From contig NC_086097.1 of assembly GCF_963921235.1 (NCBI RefSeq), positions 164,860,001 through 164,924,000 on the forward strand: a stretch of 64,000 nt of DNA. The letters are read 5' to 3'. Under the pieces are notes generated by a model that saw only the letters and a program-made list of their open reading frames with translations, ran no database searches and was not told where the DNA came from. The translations under genes were made by a program, and so were the position numbers. Below are positions 25,062 through 37,555 of this stretch, one piece after another. Positions within the stretch are counted from its first letter, which is position 1. The number at the start of each line of letters is the position of its first letter. The DNA comes from Mobula hypostoma. Taxonomy: Eukaryota.

Positions 25062-28000
25062 TGTTACTCCTCTGCCACTCAGTTAACCACTTCCAAATGG
25101 GAGGAGTTCACAGGCAGGGTTATCAGTAAAGTTCAGCTGAGTATCCTGCATGCTGGCACCCTGGTGTTCTCTGCACAATCCCTCAATAACGAACGCAACG
25201 TGGCGTCAGGAGTGTTTGCTTGTCGATGAATCGGTGCTATAGTCCAAGTGAAAACCCCAACTAGAAATAAGACTGTTGTTGTTCATATATATCTTTAAAA
25301 AATATCCAGAGACTTAGCAACATCAACTGCCTTTGCTAGTTTGCTAACTGCATGAGCTGAGAAGCAGCCAGGGTTGTTCAGCAATGCCTTCAGGCTGCAC
25401 CCAAAAGTGGATACATTGTAATAATCTGTGGGCCACTAGCCTGGAGAAGTGCACAGAAACACAGACACAGAGAAATCAGAGAAGTCAGTAATACTTAGTG
25501 TGAGAAAAGAAAACTTCTGTAGTTTCGACAAGTAAAATAATAATAAACAAACAAACAGGAAAATGGAGTAACTACCTGCAGCACCTACATCTTCTTAACC
25601 AATAAAGCCATGGAAGAAACTTGATTTTTTTTTAAACCAGGAGATTTTGAGAGCTGGCTGAGACTCAGAGATTTAGGGCTGCAAGCGAACTCACTCAGGC
25701 TTCAGAAGAGCATCATATAAGCACACTGATACACTGCATAGGTGACAAATGCACAGAAAAAGGAGTACAAAACAGTACAGGACAAAGTCAGAACATTTCA
25801 CAGGAAAGTGCATGTGATATATGAGAGGGCAAACTTCAATTCCAGAAAGTAGGAGCCGGATAAAAGTGTATGCTCTGTCAGACAACTGTGCATATGGAAA
25901 TCTGAGAGATGAGCTCACTGGAGACAAGATTGTTGTTGGGTTACTGACTTGTGGGCAAATGTGGGCAAATCTCACACTAGAGAAAGTTATTACTATGATC
26001 ATGTAGAGTGAGAATGTTTGTCAGCAACAGGCAGAACTCAGGCATGAAAACGATACTGAGGTAAAGCTAGAAGGTGTAAAAAGGTAGGGTACAAATAAGG
26101 TGCAGTCAGAAAGACTACAGAAAGAGTTGACAGTAGAGCTCTGCTCAAACAAAACCGACAAGCGAAACAAGGAGCAGGTAAACAGTCCAGCTGTGAAAAA
26201 TGCAGCAAGTCTCCATTCCATGTCAAAGAGCTCTGTCCAACAAACAAAGTGAGATGCCACCAATGCAATAGAATTGACCATTATAAAAGCCAGTGTCATT
26301 CAAAAACAGTTCTTCAGGAGGTCAAAGACAACCATGATTCTGACAAAGAGTTTTCCTTGGGGCTCAAGAGTCAAATAGGCAAGCTGGTGTACTGGCTCAG
26401 TTGTAAAAATGAGGCAGTGATGTTCATTATAGACACTGGGGCAGATGTCACAGCCATCCCCGAATGTCTGTTCACAAACCTGGTGAGAAAACAGGCATTA
26501 CGTAAGACCCAACGAAGAAAGTGGTCATGGGGCCAGGGAAACATAAGCTCAGTGTGAAAGAAATGTTTACTACTTCTATCTGTAAAAAAGAGTAACATTT
26601 AAAAGAGGATGTCCATGTAGTTCTGAATCTCTTCTCACCACTACTGGAATGACATGCCATCGAGAAGATGAATCTCATTGATGAGAAAATCTACAGATGC
26701 TGGATATCCAAGCATCACATTCAAAATCCTGGGGGAGCTCAGCAGGCCAGGCGGCATCAGTGGAAAAGAGTCAACCGTCAACATTTCAGCCCTGAAGGTT
26801 GGAGGTGAAGTTGTTAGATCCTCTGTCTTCAGAGGGAGCACAACCAGATTCAAACAAACTGGCAGGAGTTCGGAACACAGAACAACTTTTGAATGCATCA
26901 GAGATCTGCAGTTTCCTCGGTGTGGTAAACCAGCTGGGAAAGTTCATTCCAGATCTGTCAGAGAATAAACGGCTACTACATAAACTCCTCTCTTTGAGAA
27001 ACATTTGTACCTGGGACACACCACAGGAGGTCTTTCTTATCACTTAAAGCTGAGCTTATCTCCCCGCCAATATGGTGTTCTTTGATCCAAACAAACCAAC
27101 CAAGGTCTCAGCAGACACTCCTTCATTTGGCCTAGGGGGAGTGCTCGTGCAACACTGCAGAGGTGTATGGAAACTGGTAGCATATGCATCAAGAGCATTG
27201 ACTCCACCTGAACAGCATTACCCAAATTGAAAAGGAGACTTTGTGGACTTGTGAACACTTCAGCTGCTACTTGGTGAGCACTAAAGTCCTACTTGAAACA
27301 GACCACAAGCCACTTGTCATCCTCCTCAGCGCGAAACACTTGGATGACTTACCTCCACGTCTACAAAGAGTCAGAATGAGACTTACGCAATATTGTTATG
27401 ACATTGATCATGTCCCCAGCAAATCTTCCACAACGCTAGACACGCTGGAGAATGCCATGCAAAAGTAAGTGGACGGAAGCTGACTCCACCATCAACATCT
27501 ACTAAGTTCATGTATGTGAAAGCTTTCCTGCATCACAGAGTAAACTGGATGAAATTCACACTGAGTAGAAAAAGGACCAAATCTGCAGCAAGGTCATGCA
27601 ATACTGTAAGCATGGATAGCCAGCTGTTCCAAGAAAAGCTCAAACTCAGACCTTGCTGGTTTGAAAGAGACACACTCATCATTCTTGATGATGTGCTGCT
27701 AAGGGCTCCAGACTCATTATTCCTGCCCTTATGCACTCCAACATCATGAGTGAAATCCACCAAGGACATGAATTGACTTTATTACTTACATCCTTCATGA
27801 GGAGTAAAAATCTTTACATTCCATCTCCATCTAAATGTGCAATGTGCAATTATAGTAATTTATAATAAATATTATTTACAACAGGATAGTCAATACAACA
27901 TAGAAATACAGTTGTGTCAGTGTGAATTAAGCAGTCTGATGGCCTGGTGGAAGAAGCTGTCCCGGAGCCTGTTGGTCCTGGCTTTTATGCTGTGGTACCA

Positions 28001-30560
28001 TTTCCCAGATGGTAGCAGCTGGAACAGTTTGTGGTTGGGGTGACTTGGGTCCCCGATGATACTTCGGGCCCTTTTTACACACCTTTCTTTGTAAATGTCC
28101 TGAATAGTGGGAAGTTCACATCTACAGATGTGCTGGGCTGTCCGCACCACTCTCTGCAGAGTCCTGCGATTGTCGGAAGTACAGTTCCCATACCAGGCAG
28201 TGATGATGCCAGCCAATGCTCTCAATCATGCCCCTATAGAAATTTCTTAGGATCTGGGGGCCATACCAAACTTCTTCAACCATCTGAGGTGAAAGAGACA
28301 CTGTTGTGCTTTTTTCACCACACAGCCAGTATGTACAGACCACATGAGATCCTCAGTGAAGTTTATGCCAAGGAACTTAAAGCTGTTCGTCCACTCAACC
28401 CCAGATCTATTGATGTCTATAGGGCTTAGAATATCTCCATTCCTCCTGCAGTCCACAACCAGCTCCTTTGTATTTGTGATGTTGAGGGAGAGGTTGTTTG
28501 CTTGACACCAATGAGTCAGGGTGATGACTTCCTCTCTGTAGGTTGCCTCATTATTGTTTGAGATTAGGCCAATCAGTGTAGTGTCGTCAGCAAATTTAAT
28601 TCGCAGATTGGAGCTGTGGGTGGTGACACAGTCAAGGGTATACAGAGAGTAAAGGAGGGGGCTCAGTACACAGCCCTCAGGGGCACCTGTGTTGAGGGTC
28701 AGAGGGGCAAAGGTGAGGAAGCCCACTCTTACACCTGCCAATGATCTGACAGGAAGTCCAGCATCCAGCGACACAAGGCAGGGTGAAGGCCGAGGTCTCA
28801 GAGCTTCTTATCAAGCTTGATGGGAATTATGGTGTTGAATGCTGAATTGTAGTCCAAGAACAGTATTCTCACATAAGCATCCCTCTTTTCCAGATGTGTA
28901 AGGATGGTGTGTCGAGCTGTGGCTATTGCGTCGTCTGTCAATCGGTTGTGTCGGTAGGCAAATTGTAGTAAGTCCAGTGTGGTTGGCAGATGACCAGCCT
29001 CTCAAAGCAATTGCTTATTGCTGAGGTGAGTGCAATAGGACACCAGTCATTCAAACATGTTATCTTTGTCTTTTTAGGTACAGGGACAATAGTTGATGTT
29101 TTGAAGCAGGAGGGCACTCTACACTGGGAGAGGGGGAGATTAAAAATGTCAGTAAACACACCTGCCAGTTGTGCCGTGCACATCCTGAGTACTCGCCCTG
29201 GGATGCTGTCCCGTCCCACAGCCTTGCGACTGTCCACTCGTTGGAAACACCTGCGTACTTCAGCCTCATAGGTGACCAAGCTGCCGGTCCCATCATCTGC
29301 AGGTCTCCTCAGGGGCTCAGTATTTGTGACATTGAATCAAACAAAAAAAGATTTAGCTCGTCTGGGAGAGAAGCAGCAATGGTGGAAACTCCACTGCGTT
29401 TAGCTTTGAAGTCTGCGATGGTGTGCAGACCATGCCAGCCCTGTATGTGTTGATGGTGGAGAGTTGTGTCTGAATCTTATCCCTACATTATTGTTTCGCT
29501 GCCTTGATGACTTTGTACAGATCGTAGCTGCATTTCTTGAGCTCTCGTTGATTCCCGGCAACATAAGCTCTGTCTCGCACGGTAAGTGCTGCTCGTACGG
29601 AACTGTTGATCCAGGGTTTCTGGTTTGGAAAGACCCTGACCAATTTCCGGGGACATCATCCTTGAAGCACTTCTGGATGAAACTCGTGACCCCTTCTGTG
29701 AACTGGGAGATATCCTCATCACGAAAGACATTTCAGTTGATGTCAAAGCAGTCCTGCAGCATGGAGGCCGATTGGTCAGACCAACAGTGGACAGTTTTAA
29801 CTATGGCCGCCTCTTGTTTCAGCTTCTGCCTGTACTTTGGCATCTGAAAAATGGAGGAGAGATCCGATTTTCCAAATGGGGGGCAGAGGAGCATTTTGTA
29901 AGTGTTGCGGAAGGGAGAGTAGCTGTGGTCGAGTCTGTTATCTCCCCATATGCTCACCTGGATGTGTTGGCAAAATTTCAGTGAGACTTTATTCAGCAAA
30001 GACATCAAGGCATCGAAACATGCTGCCCAAGAGCAAGGCAATCCATGCTATGGCCTGATCTGAGTACATAACTGGGAGATTATGTAAAGCAATGTGAAGC
30101 ACAGAAATCTGCACAAAAATAATGATGAACCTCTGTCCCACAGAATTCCCAGACTTTCCATGGCAAATTGCAGACACAGACATTGCTGTGCTGAAAAGTG
30201 ACAAATATCTTCTCACTATTGATTACTACTGACGGAATGTTGAGGTGTCCAAGTTGCCCTCTACGTCCTCAGCAGCAGTTACACAGCACCTGAAAGCTGT
30301 ACTCGCTCACCATGGAATAGCAGAGACACTTGGGTCAGACAACGATCCACAATTTCCCCTGGGATCAATAAAGTATGACTATGACTAATTCAGCTGCTCA
30401 GAATTCAAATACTTTGCTAGGGACTATGATTTCAAACACCAGACAAGCAGCCCACCTTACCCACAGGCAAAAGGAGAAGCGGAAAAACAGTGCTAACTGT
30501 TTAGAGTCTCCTACTGAAGGCAAAGGATGCCTGCAAAGCCCTGCTAGCTTATCACCCAAC
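25062..30560 (+). mobile_element. Decayed Ty3/Gypsy LTR retrotransposon (short 5' LTR, gag-pol remnants) with nested Rex1 and a Penelope piece near 26685-26795
   Basis: LTR about 25062-25200, PBS TGGCGTCAGGAGTG at 25201; gag CAYGNLRDE and knuckle CHQCNRIDHYKSQC; protease IDTGADVT; RNase H VAYASRALT and ETDHKPL; integrase SDNDPQF and PYPQAKGEAE. Confidence 0.85.
27770..30043 (-). mobile_element. Rex1/Babar LINE, 5'-truncated, frameshifted
   Basis: Endonuclease end (LDHSYS, PPFGKSD); [50 protein letters not shown]-terminus KKAQQCLFHLR, RLRDSFFHQAIRLLN. Confidence 0.92.
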
Positions 30561-30562
30561 AG

Positions 30563-32875
30563 GTTAAGATGGCGCTAAATGGCAGCTCCTTTGCTTGTAT
30601 CTTTGGAAACAGCTCTATTTCTATCTTTGATATCTCTTTTTTTTCCCTTTTCAAGGTTTTTTTGAAGATCCTGACCTGGAGTTACATTCCAACTTCTGAA
30701 TGGGAACAGGGCCGCACGACCAGCCACTTTTTGATATGCCAAGGACGTGACCTGGAAGACTAGTGCACCTTCAGGGTGTCGGATTTTCGTTGGTCTGGAA
30801 TGAGTTGATTCAAGGCCAGTGTCCCTGACTGAGGCGTCGCGAGAAAACACGGAACATCGGATGCTATGTGCCAATTCTGTAGGCACAGAGCTTGGAAAAA
30901 GCGACGCTACAGACATTTATCATAAATCAACGAGTTGCTTGTTATATCTCCCTTCTCACTGTGAAAGGGGGACACTCCTTTTTCCCTTATTATGGAGAGA
31001 GAGAGAGCGAGCCTGTGGTATGTCAAATTACCGGGTGAATGAGTAGTCTTTGGAATACTGCAACTCTGGGTCTTTTATTGATGCTTTGCTGCACGCTTGA
31101 GTGCTCAATGGACGGCGATGATGCTTTTTTGTTGGTTGGGGGAGGGGGGGATCGTTACCTAGCTGTTGCTTGTGCATGGGAAGGGGATGCTGGGGGGATC
31201 TTTGGGGTTCTAACATTGAACTCTCCTTCATTCTTTAGGGCACTCCTCTGTTGTCATGGATGTTTGCAAAGAAAAGTGTTTCAGGATGTACAAACCCCAT
31301 TTTCAGAAAAGTTGGGATATTTTCCAAAGCGCAATAAAAACAAAAATCTGTGATATGTTAATTCACGTGAACCTTTATTTAACTGACAAAAGTACAAAGA
31401 AAAGATTTTCAATAGTTTTACCGACCAACTTAATTGTATTTTGTAAATATACAGAAATTTAGAATTTGATGGCTGCAACACACTCAACAAAAGTTGGGAC
31501 AGAGTTAAAACAAGATTGAAAAGTGCACAGAATATTCAAGTAACACCGGTTTGGAAGACTCCACATTAAGCAGGCTAATTGGTAGCAGGTGAGGTATCAT
31601 GACTGGGTATAAAAGTAGCGTCCATCAAAGGCTCAGTCTTTGCAAGCAAGGTTGGGTCGTGGCTCACCCCTTTGTGCCAAAATTCGTGAGAGAATTGTTA
31701 GTCAGTTCAAATGGAACATTTCTCAACGCAAGATTGCAGAGAATTTAGGACTTTCAACATCTACAGTACATAATATTGTGAAAAGATTCAGAGAATTCAG
31801 AGACATCTCAGTGCATAAAGGGTAAGGTCGGAAACCACTGTTGAATGCGTGTGATCTTCGAGCCCTCAGGCGGCACTGACTAAGAAACAGTCATGCTACT
31901 GTGACAATTATAGCCACCTGGGCTCGGGAGTACTTCGGAAAACCATTGTCACTCAACACAGTCCGTCGCTGCATCCAGAAATGCAACTTGAAACTGTATT
32001 ACGCAAGGAGGAAGCCATACATCAACTCTATGCAGAAACGCCAGTGAGTTCTCTGGGCCCGAGCTCATCTCAGATGGACCGAAAGACTGTGGAACCGTGT
32101 GCTGTGGTCAGATGAGTCCACATTTCAGCTAGTTTTGAAAAAATGGGCATCGAGTTCTCCGTGCCAAAGATGAAAACGACCATCCAGATTGTTATCAGCG
32201 AAAGGTGCAAAAGCCAGCATCTGTGATGGTATATTAGGATTTTAGAGAGACATATGTTGCCATCAAGGCGACATCTCTTCCCGGGACGTCCATGCTTATT
32301 TCAGCAGGACAATGCCAGACCACATTCTGCACGGGCTACAACAGCGTGGCTTCGTAGACACAGAGTGCGTATGCTTGACTGGCCTGCTGCCAGTCCAGAT
32401 CTATCTCCTACTGAAAATGTGTGGCGCATCATGAAGAGGAGAATCAGATAACGGAGACCACGGACTGTTGAGCAGCTGAAGTCTTCTATCAAGGAAGAAT
32501 GGACAAAATTTCCAGTTGCAAATCTACTACAATTAGTATCCTCAGTTCCAAAACGATTAAAAAGTGTTATTAAAAGGAAAGGTGATGTAACACAATGGTA
32601 AACATGCCTCTGTCCCAACTTTTGTTGAGTGTGTTGCAGCCATCAGATTCTAAATTTGTGTATGTTTATAAAATACAACTAAGTTGGTCAGTAAAACTAT
32701 TGAAATTCTTTTCTTTGTACTTTCGTCAGTTAAATAAAGGTTCACGTGAATTAACATATCACAGATTTTTGTTTTTATTGCAATTTGGAAAATATCCCAA
32801 CTTTTCTGGAAATGGGGTTTGTATATTGCATACATTTCTCTGACAGTAAACATACCTATTGAACGTATTGAACCT
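30563..32875 (+). mobile_element. Non-coding retroposon (LINE-derived), interrupted by the Tc1
   Basis: Begins AAGATGGCG (LINE-type 5' motif); ends with a short tandem (CTATTGAAC)-like tail; continuous across the Tc1 TA site. Confidence 0.4.
31291..32821 (+). mobile_element. Tc1 DNA transposon (DD34E, IR/DR type), near full length, inactive
   Basis: TA TSD at 31289-31290 and 32822-32823; TIRs of about 210 bp (CAAACCCCATTT..AAAAGTTGGGA) with internal direct repeat; HTH ISQRKIAENLGLSTSTVHNIVKRF; WSDES, FQQDNARPH, SPDLSPTENVW with 34 residues between D and E; several stops and a small deletion near 32233. Confidence 0.95.
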
Positions 32876-32924
32876 CTTGTGGATGGAGATAGTCCATCAG
32901 AGCTGTCAATGGGCCAGAGACTGA

Positions 32925-34330
32925 GAACAAGCCTGCCTGTTGGCTCATCAAATCTGCTCTGTCATTTCCCTCTCAGCCCAATCCCCTGCCTTCTCCCTGT
33001 AACCCCTCAGGCTTTGACTAATCAAGAAACTATCAACATCTGCCTTAAATATACCCAATGACTTGGCCTCTACAGAAGTCTGTGGCATGAATTCCACAGA
33101 TTCACCACTCTCTGGCTAAAGAAGTTCCTCCTTATCTATGTTGTAAATGTACATCCCTCTATTCTGAGGCTATGCCCTCTAGTCCTGGACTCCCCCACTA
33201 TAGGAAACATCCTCTCCTCGTCCCTCTGTTGAGACCTTTCAACATTTGATAGGTTTCAATGAGATTCCCTCCCCAACCCCCTAATTCACCTGAATTCCAA
33301 TGAGCCATCAATCGGTCCTCATATGGTAACCCTTTCATTCCTAGAATCATTCTCGTGAACCTACTTTGAACCCTCTCCAATGTCAGCACATTCTTTCTTC
33401 GATATGGGGCCCAAAACTGCTCACAATACTCCAAGTGAGGCCTTAACAGTGCCTTATAAAGCCTTAATATTACATTGTTGCTTTTATTTTCTAGTCCTCT
33501 CGAAATGAATGATAACATTGCATTTGCCCTCCTCACCACCCATTCAACCTGCAAATTAACCCTTAGGAGTCCTCGAGCAGGATTCCCAAGTCCCTTTGCA
33601 CCTTGGATTTTTGAACTTTCTCCCCATTATAAAATAGTCTATACTTTTATTTCTTCTACAAAATTGCATAACCATACACCTTCCAACACTGTATTCCATC
33701 TGCCGCTTCTTTGTTTATTCTCCTAATCTTTCTAAGGTCTTCTGCAGACTCCCTGCTTCCTCAACAGCACCTGCCCCTCCACCCATCTTTGTATTGTCCA
33801 CAACTTGGCCACAAAGCCATCAATTCCATCATCCAAATCATTGACACATAATGTAGAAACGCAGACTCTTGTGGAACACCACTAGCCACAGGCAGCCAAC
33901 CAGAAAAGGTTCCCTTTATTCCCACTCATTGCCTCCTACCAGTTAGCCAATGCTCTATCCATGCTAATATCTTTCCTGTAATACCATGGCCTATTAACTT
34001 GTTAAGCAGCCTCATGTGCATCAGCTTCTCTAAGGCCTTCTGAAAATCCAAGTAAACAACATCCACCGATTCACCTTTGTCTATCCGGCGTGTCATTTCT
34101 TCAAAGAATTCCAACAGATTTGCCAGGAAAGGTGTTCCCTTAATGAAACCATGGTGACTTTGGCCTATTTTATCATGTGCCTCCAAGTGCCCCAAAACCT
34201 CCTCCTCAACAATTGATTCCAACATCTTCCCAACCACTCAGGTTAGGCAAACTGGCCTATACTTTCCTTTCTTCTGCCTCTCTCCCTTATTGAAGAGCGA
34301 AGTGACTTCAACAATTTTCTAGTCCTCCAA
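32925..34330 (-). mobile_element. CR1 RT fragment, decayed
   Basis: VGKMLESI..VDVVYLDFQKA and LYKALLRPHLEYCEQFW ORFs. Confidence 0.88.
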
Positions 34331-34519
34331 CACAAGGGAGAAAACCTTGAGAAAATGCTTCACTGGTGGTAAAGAGCTTTGGAGTGTGCAGTGGTCATAC
34401 AACATATGCTAAAGGAAGTAATTATTTATTTCAAAAACCTATAAAACAGCAGATGTTGCAAATAGGCTAAAACATAAATTGCTGGAAACACTCAGCAGGT
34501 CAGGATGTATAGAAGATAA

Positions 34520-35045
34520 AAGCAAGGGTGTACTGCTGAGGTTTTATAATGCATTGGTTAGACCACATCTGGAAAATTGTGACTAGTTTTAACCTCTGTA
34601 TCAAAGGAAAGATGTCCTAGCCCCAGAGAAGGTCAAGAGGAGGTTCTTACCTGGGAATTAATGTCTTAACATATGAGAAGCATTTGGTGTCACTGAGCCT
34701 GTATTTAATGGAGTTCAGAAGGATGAATGGAGATCCCATTGAAAATTACCAGATACTAAAGACCAGGATAACATGGCCACACAGAGGAAATTTCCACTAG
34801 TGGGAGAGCCTAGGCTCCAAGGGCACAGCCTGAAAATTAAAGGATATCCCTTTAATACTAGGATAAGGAAGTATCTCTTCAACCAGCTAGTCACTGGGTA
34901 TATTTAAGGCAGGGACTAATATGTCTGGTAAGGGAATTAAGGATTTCAGGGAGAAAGTGGGGGAACAAGGCTGAAAAAGTCAGTCATGATTGAAAGGTGG
35001 AGCAGACTTGATGAGCCAAATGTCCTGGTTCTGCTCCTACATCTA
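34520..35045 (+). mobile_element. Old CR1 3' fragment lying between two oppositely oriented Penelope pLTR pieces
   Basis: FYNALVRPHLENC remnant and CR1 3'UTR; pLTR-like sequence at about 34440-34505 (-) and 35115-35190 (+). Confidence 0.6.
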
Positions 35046-37555
35046 ATTGTCATCAGGAAGGGGAAATAGCATTAGTGTTTTGTGTAATCAGCCATTCATC
35101 AGAAACCATGATGACTTCTGACAAAGGGTCTTTGACCTGTTGTTTCTCTTTCCGCAAATGTTACCTGGCCTGCTGTGTTTTTTCAGAAATGTATATTTTA
35201 TTAATTATTTACTTTACTTGATTTCAGAAATCACAAGACAATCTTAAAATGCAGAATTGATAATGAATTATTTTCAAACCATTTCAGCATGGTGGTCTGA
35301 TTAATGGCAAGATATCTTCATTTAATATCACTTTGTGAAGGTGAATCCAACATTTAGGCTTAGTAGTACATTACTGCAGGGCAGTGACAAATAAAGAGAT
35401 ACCAACAGTTCCGGAGCCATTACTCGTCATTCACCATTGATGATTTTCAGCATTGTTTTTCTGTTCTGTATCAGATCATCTGCAACATGTTTTGCATTTG
35501 AGGCAGTTATTTTCTTCCATTCCCTCTGTACATTCAGTCCTGGTACATTTTAAATTCCTGAGGAGACATGCTACTAAATTATTAATGGAAATGCAATTTA
35601 ATAGGTCAATGAGACTTCCTGGAAACTAATGCAACGACGTTAATGTGATTTCTTGCCAAATATATTTCTATTTCCTTAATGATATTGATTGTGTTCAAGG
35701 TTTTGGAGGACATATTAAACGATGCTAAGTGCCAAAAAAAGCCTGAGTGTTTTTCAAGCTATAAGGCCAGATCAAAGTCACTGGATTGATTTCTCTTACA
35801 ATAGGTTTTCACATTACCATCATATCAACCTAGATACTGTAAAACATGAGATGTTAGTGCATCATGTCTAATATCCTTGCCAGTCACTATAAGGAAGCAC
35901 GTGAATTTTATTAGAGTCTCCCACTTCTTTGCTGCTGTTTCATTCATATGCACAATTATCTTGTCATTTTCTGCTATTCCTTAAAAACACTAAATTACAT
36001 ACTTAGGTCTGTCAGTAGACCATTACAAAGCAGATATATTTCAGAACTATGAAACTATTTTCAGTAACAAAACCTATCAGAAGGTCACTCTAAGCCATCG
36101 TTGACTTAAATCATTTTGGGGGTCACTGGATGGGATAAGGCTAATGTGGTTCCACTTTTCAAATTTATTATCAAAGTACATATATATCACAAGATTCATT
36201 TTCTTTCAGGCATTCAAAGCAACTACAAGAAAGTCAATATAATCAACTCAAACCCATTTGTGCAAAATGTGAAAAGGACAAAAAAGCTGCAAATACAAAA
36301 AGAAAAAAAAAGAAATAATAATAATAAATAAATAAATAAGCAATAAATATTGAGAACATCAGATGAAGAGTGCTTGAAAGTGAGTCGATAGGTTGTGATA
36401 ATAGTTCAGTGATGGGGTAAGTGGAGTTGAGTGAAGTTATCAAAAGCCTGTTGGTTAAAGGGTAATCCCTGAATCTGGTGGTGTCGAACCTGAAGCTCTT
36501 GCACCTTCTTCCTGATTGCAGTAGCTAGAATAGACCAGGCCAGGTGGTGTGGCCCCTTGATGATGGATGCTGTTCTCCTGCCACAGTGCTCCATGTAGAC
36601 GTGCTCAGTGGTGGGGAGGGTTTTACCGGGATGGACTGGGGCATATCCACTATATTTTGTAGGTTTTTCCATTCAAGGGCATTGGTGTTTCCATACCAGG
36701 TCATGATGCAACCAGTCAATATACTCTCCACCACACATCTACAGGTATCCGTTAAAAGTTTTAGGTGTCATGCTGAATGTTTGCAAACTTCTACGAAAGT
36801 AGAGCCACTGCTGTGCTTTCTTCGTAATTGCACAATGCTGGACCCAGGACAAAACCTCTGAAATTATAACACCAAGGAATGTTTAAGTTGCTGATCCCCC
36901 AGTAAGAACTGACTCGTGGACCTCTGGTTTCCTCTTCCTGAAGTCAATAATCAGCTCTTTGGTCTTGCTGACATTGAGTGAAGGCTTGATGTTGTGGCAC
37001 CACTCCGCCAGATTTTCAGTCTCGCTCCTATATGTTGATTTTTCACCACCTTTGTTTCAGCCAGTGACCGTGATGTCAGCAAATTTAAATATGATATTGG
37101 AGTTGTGCTTAGCCACACAGTCATAAGAATAAAGCAATTAGAACGGGGGGCTCAGCACATAGCCTTGTGGTGCACCAGTGCTAATAGAGGTTGTGGAGGA
37201 AATTTTGTTGCCAATTCAAACTGATTGAGGTTTGTAAGTGAAGAAATCAAGGATCCAGTTGCACAAGGAGGTATTGAGGCCAAGTTCTTGAAGCTTATTG
37301 ATTAGTTTTGAGGGGGTGATAGCATTAAATACTTAGCTGCAGTCAATGAAGAGCATCCTGATGTATACATCTTCACTGTTCCAGGGTTGAGTGAAGAGCC
37401 AAGGAAATGGCATCTGCCATTGACCAGGAGGCAAACTGGAGTTGATCCAAGTCTCCTGTCAGACAGAAATTGATATGTTTTATTATCAACCTCTCAAAGG
37501 ACTTCATCATGGTGGATGTAAGTTGTTGATAGCCATTGAGGCCGGTTACCATGTT

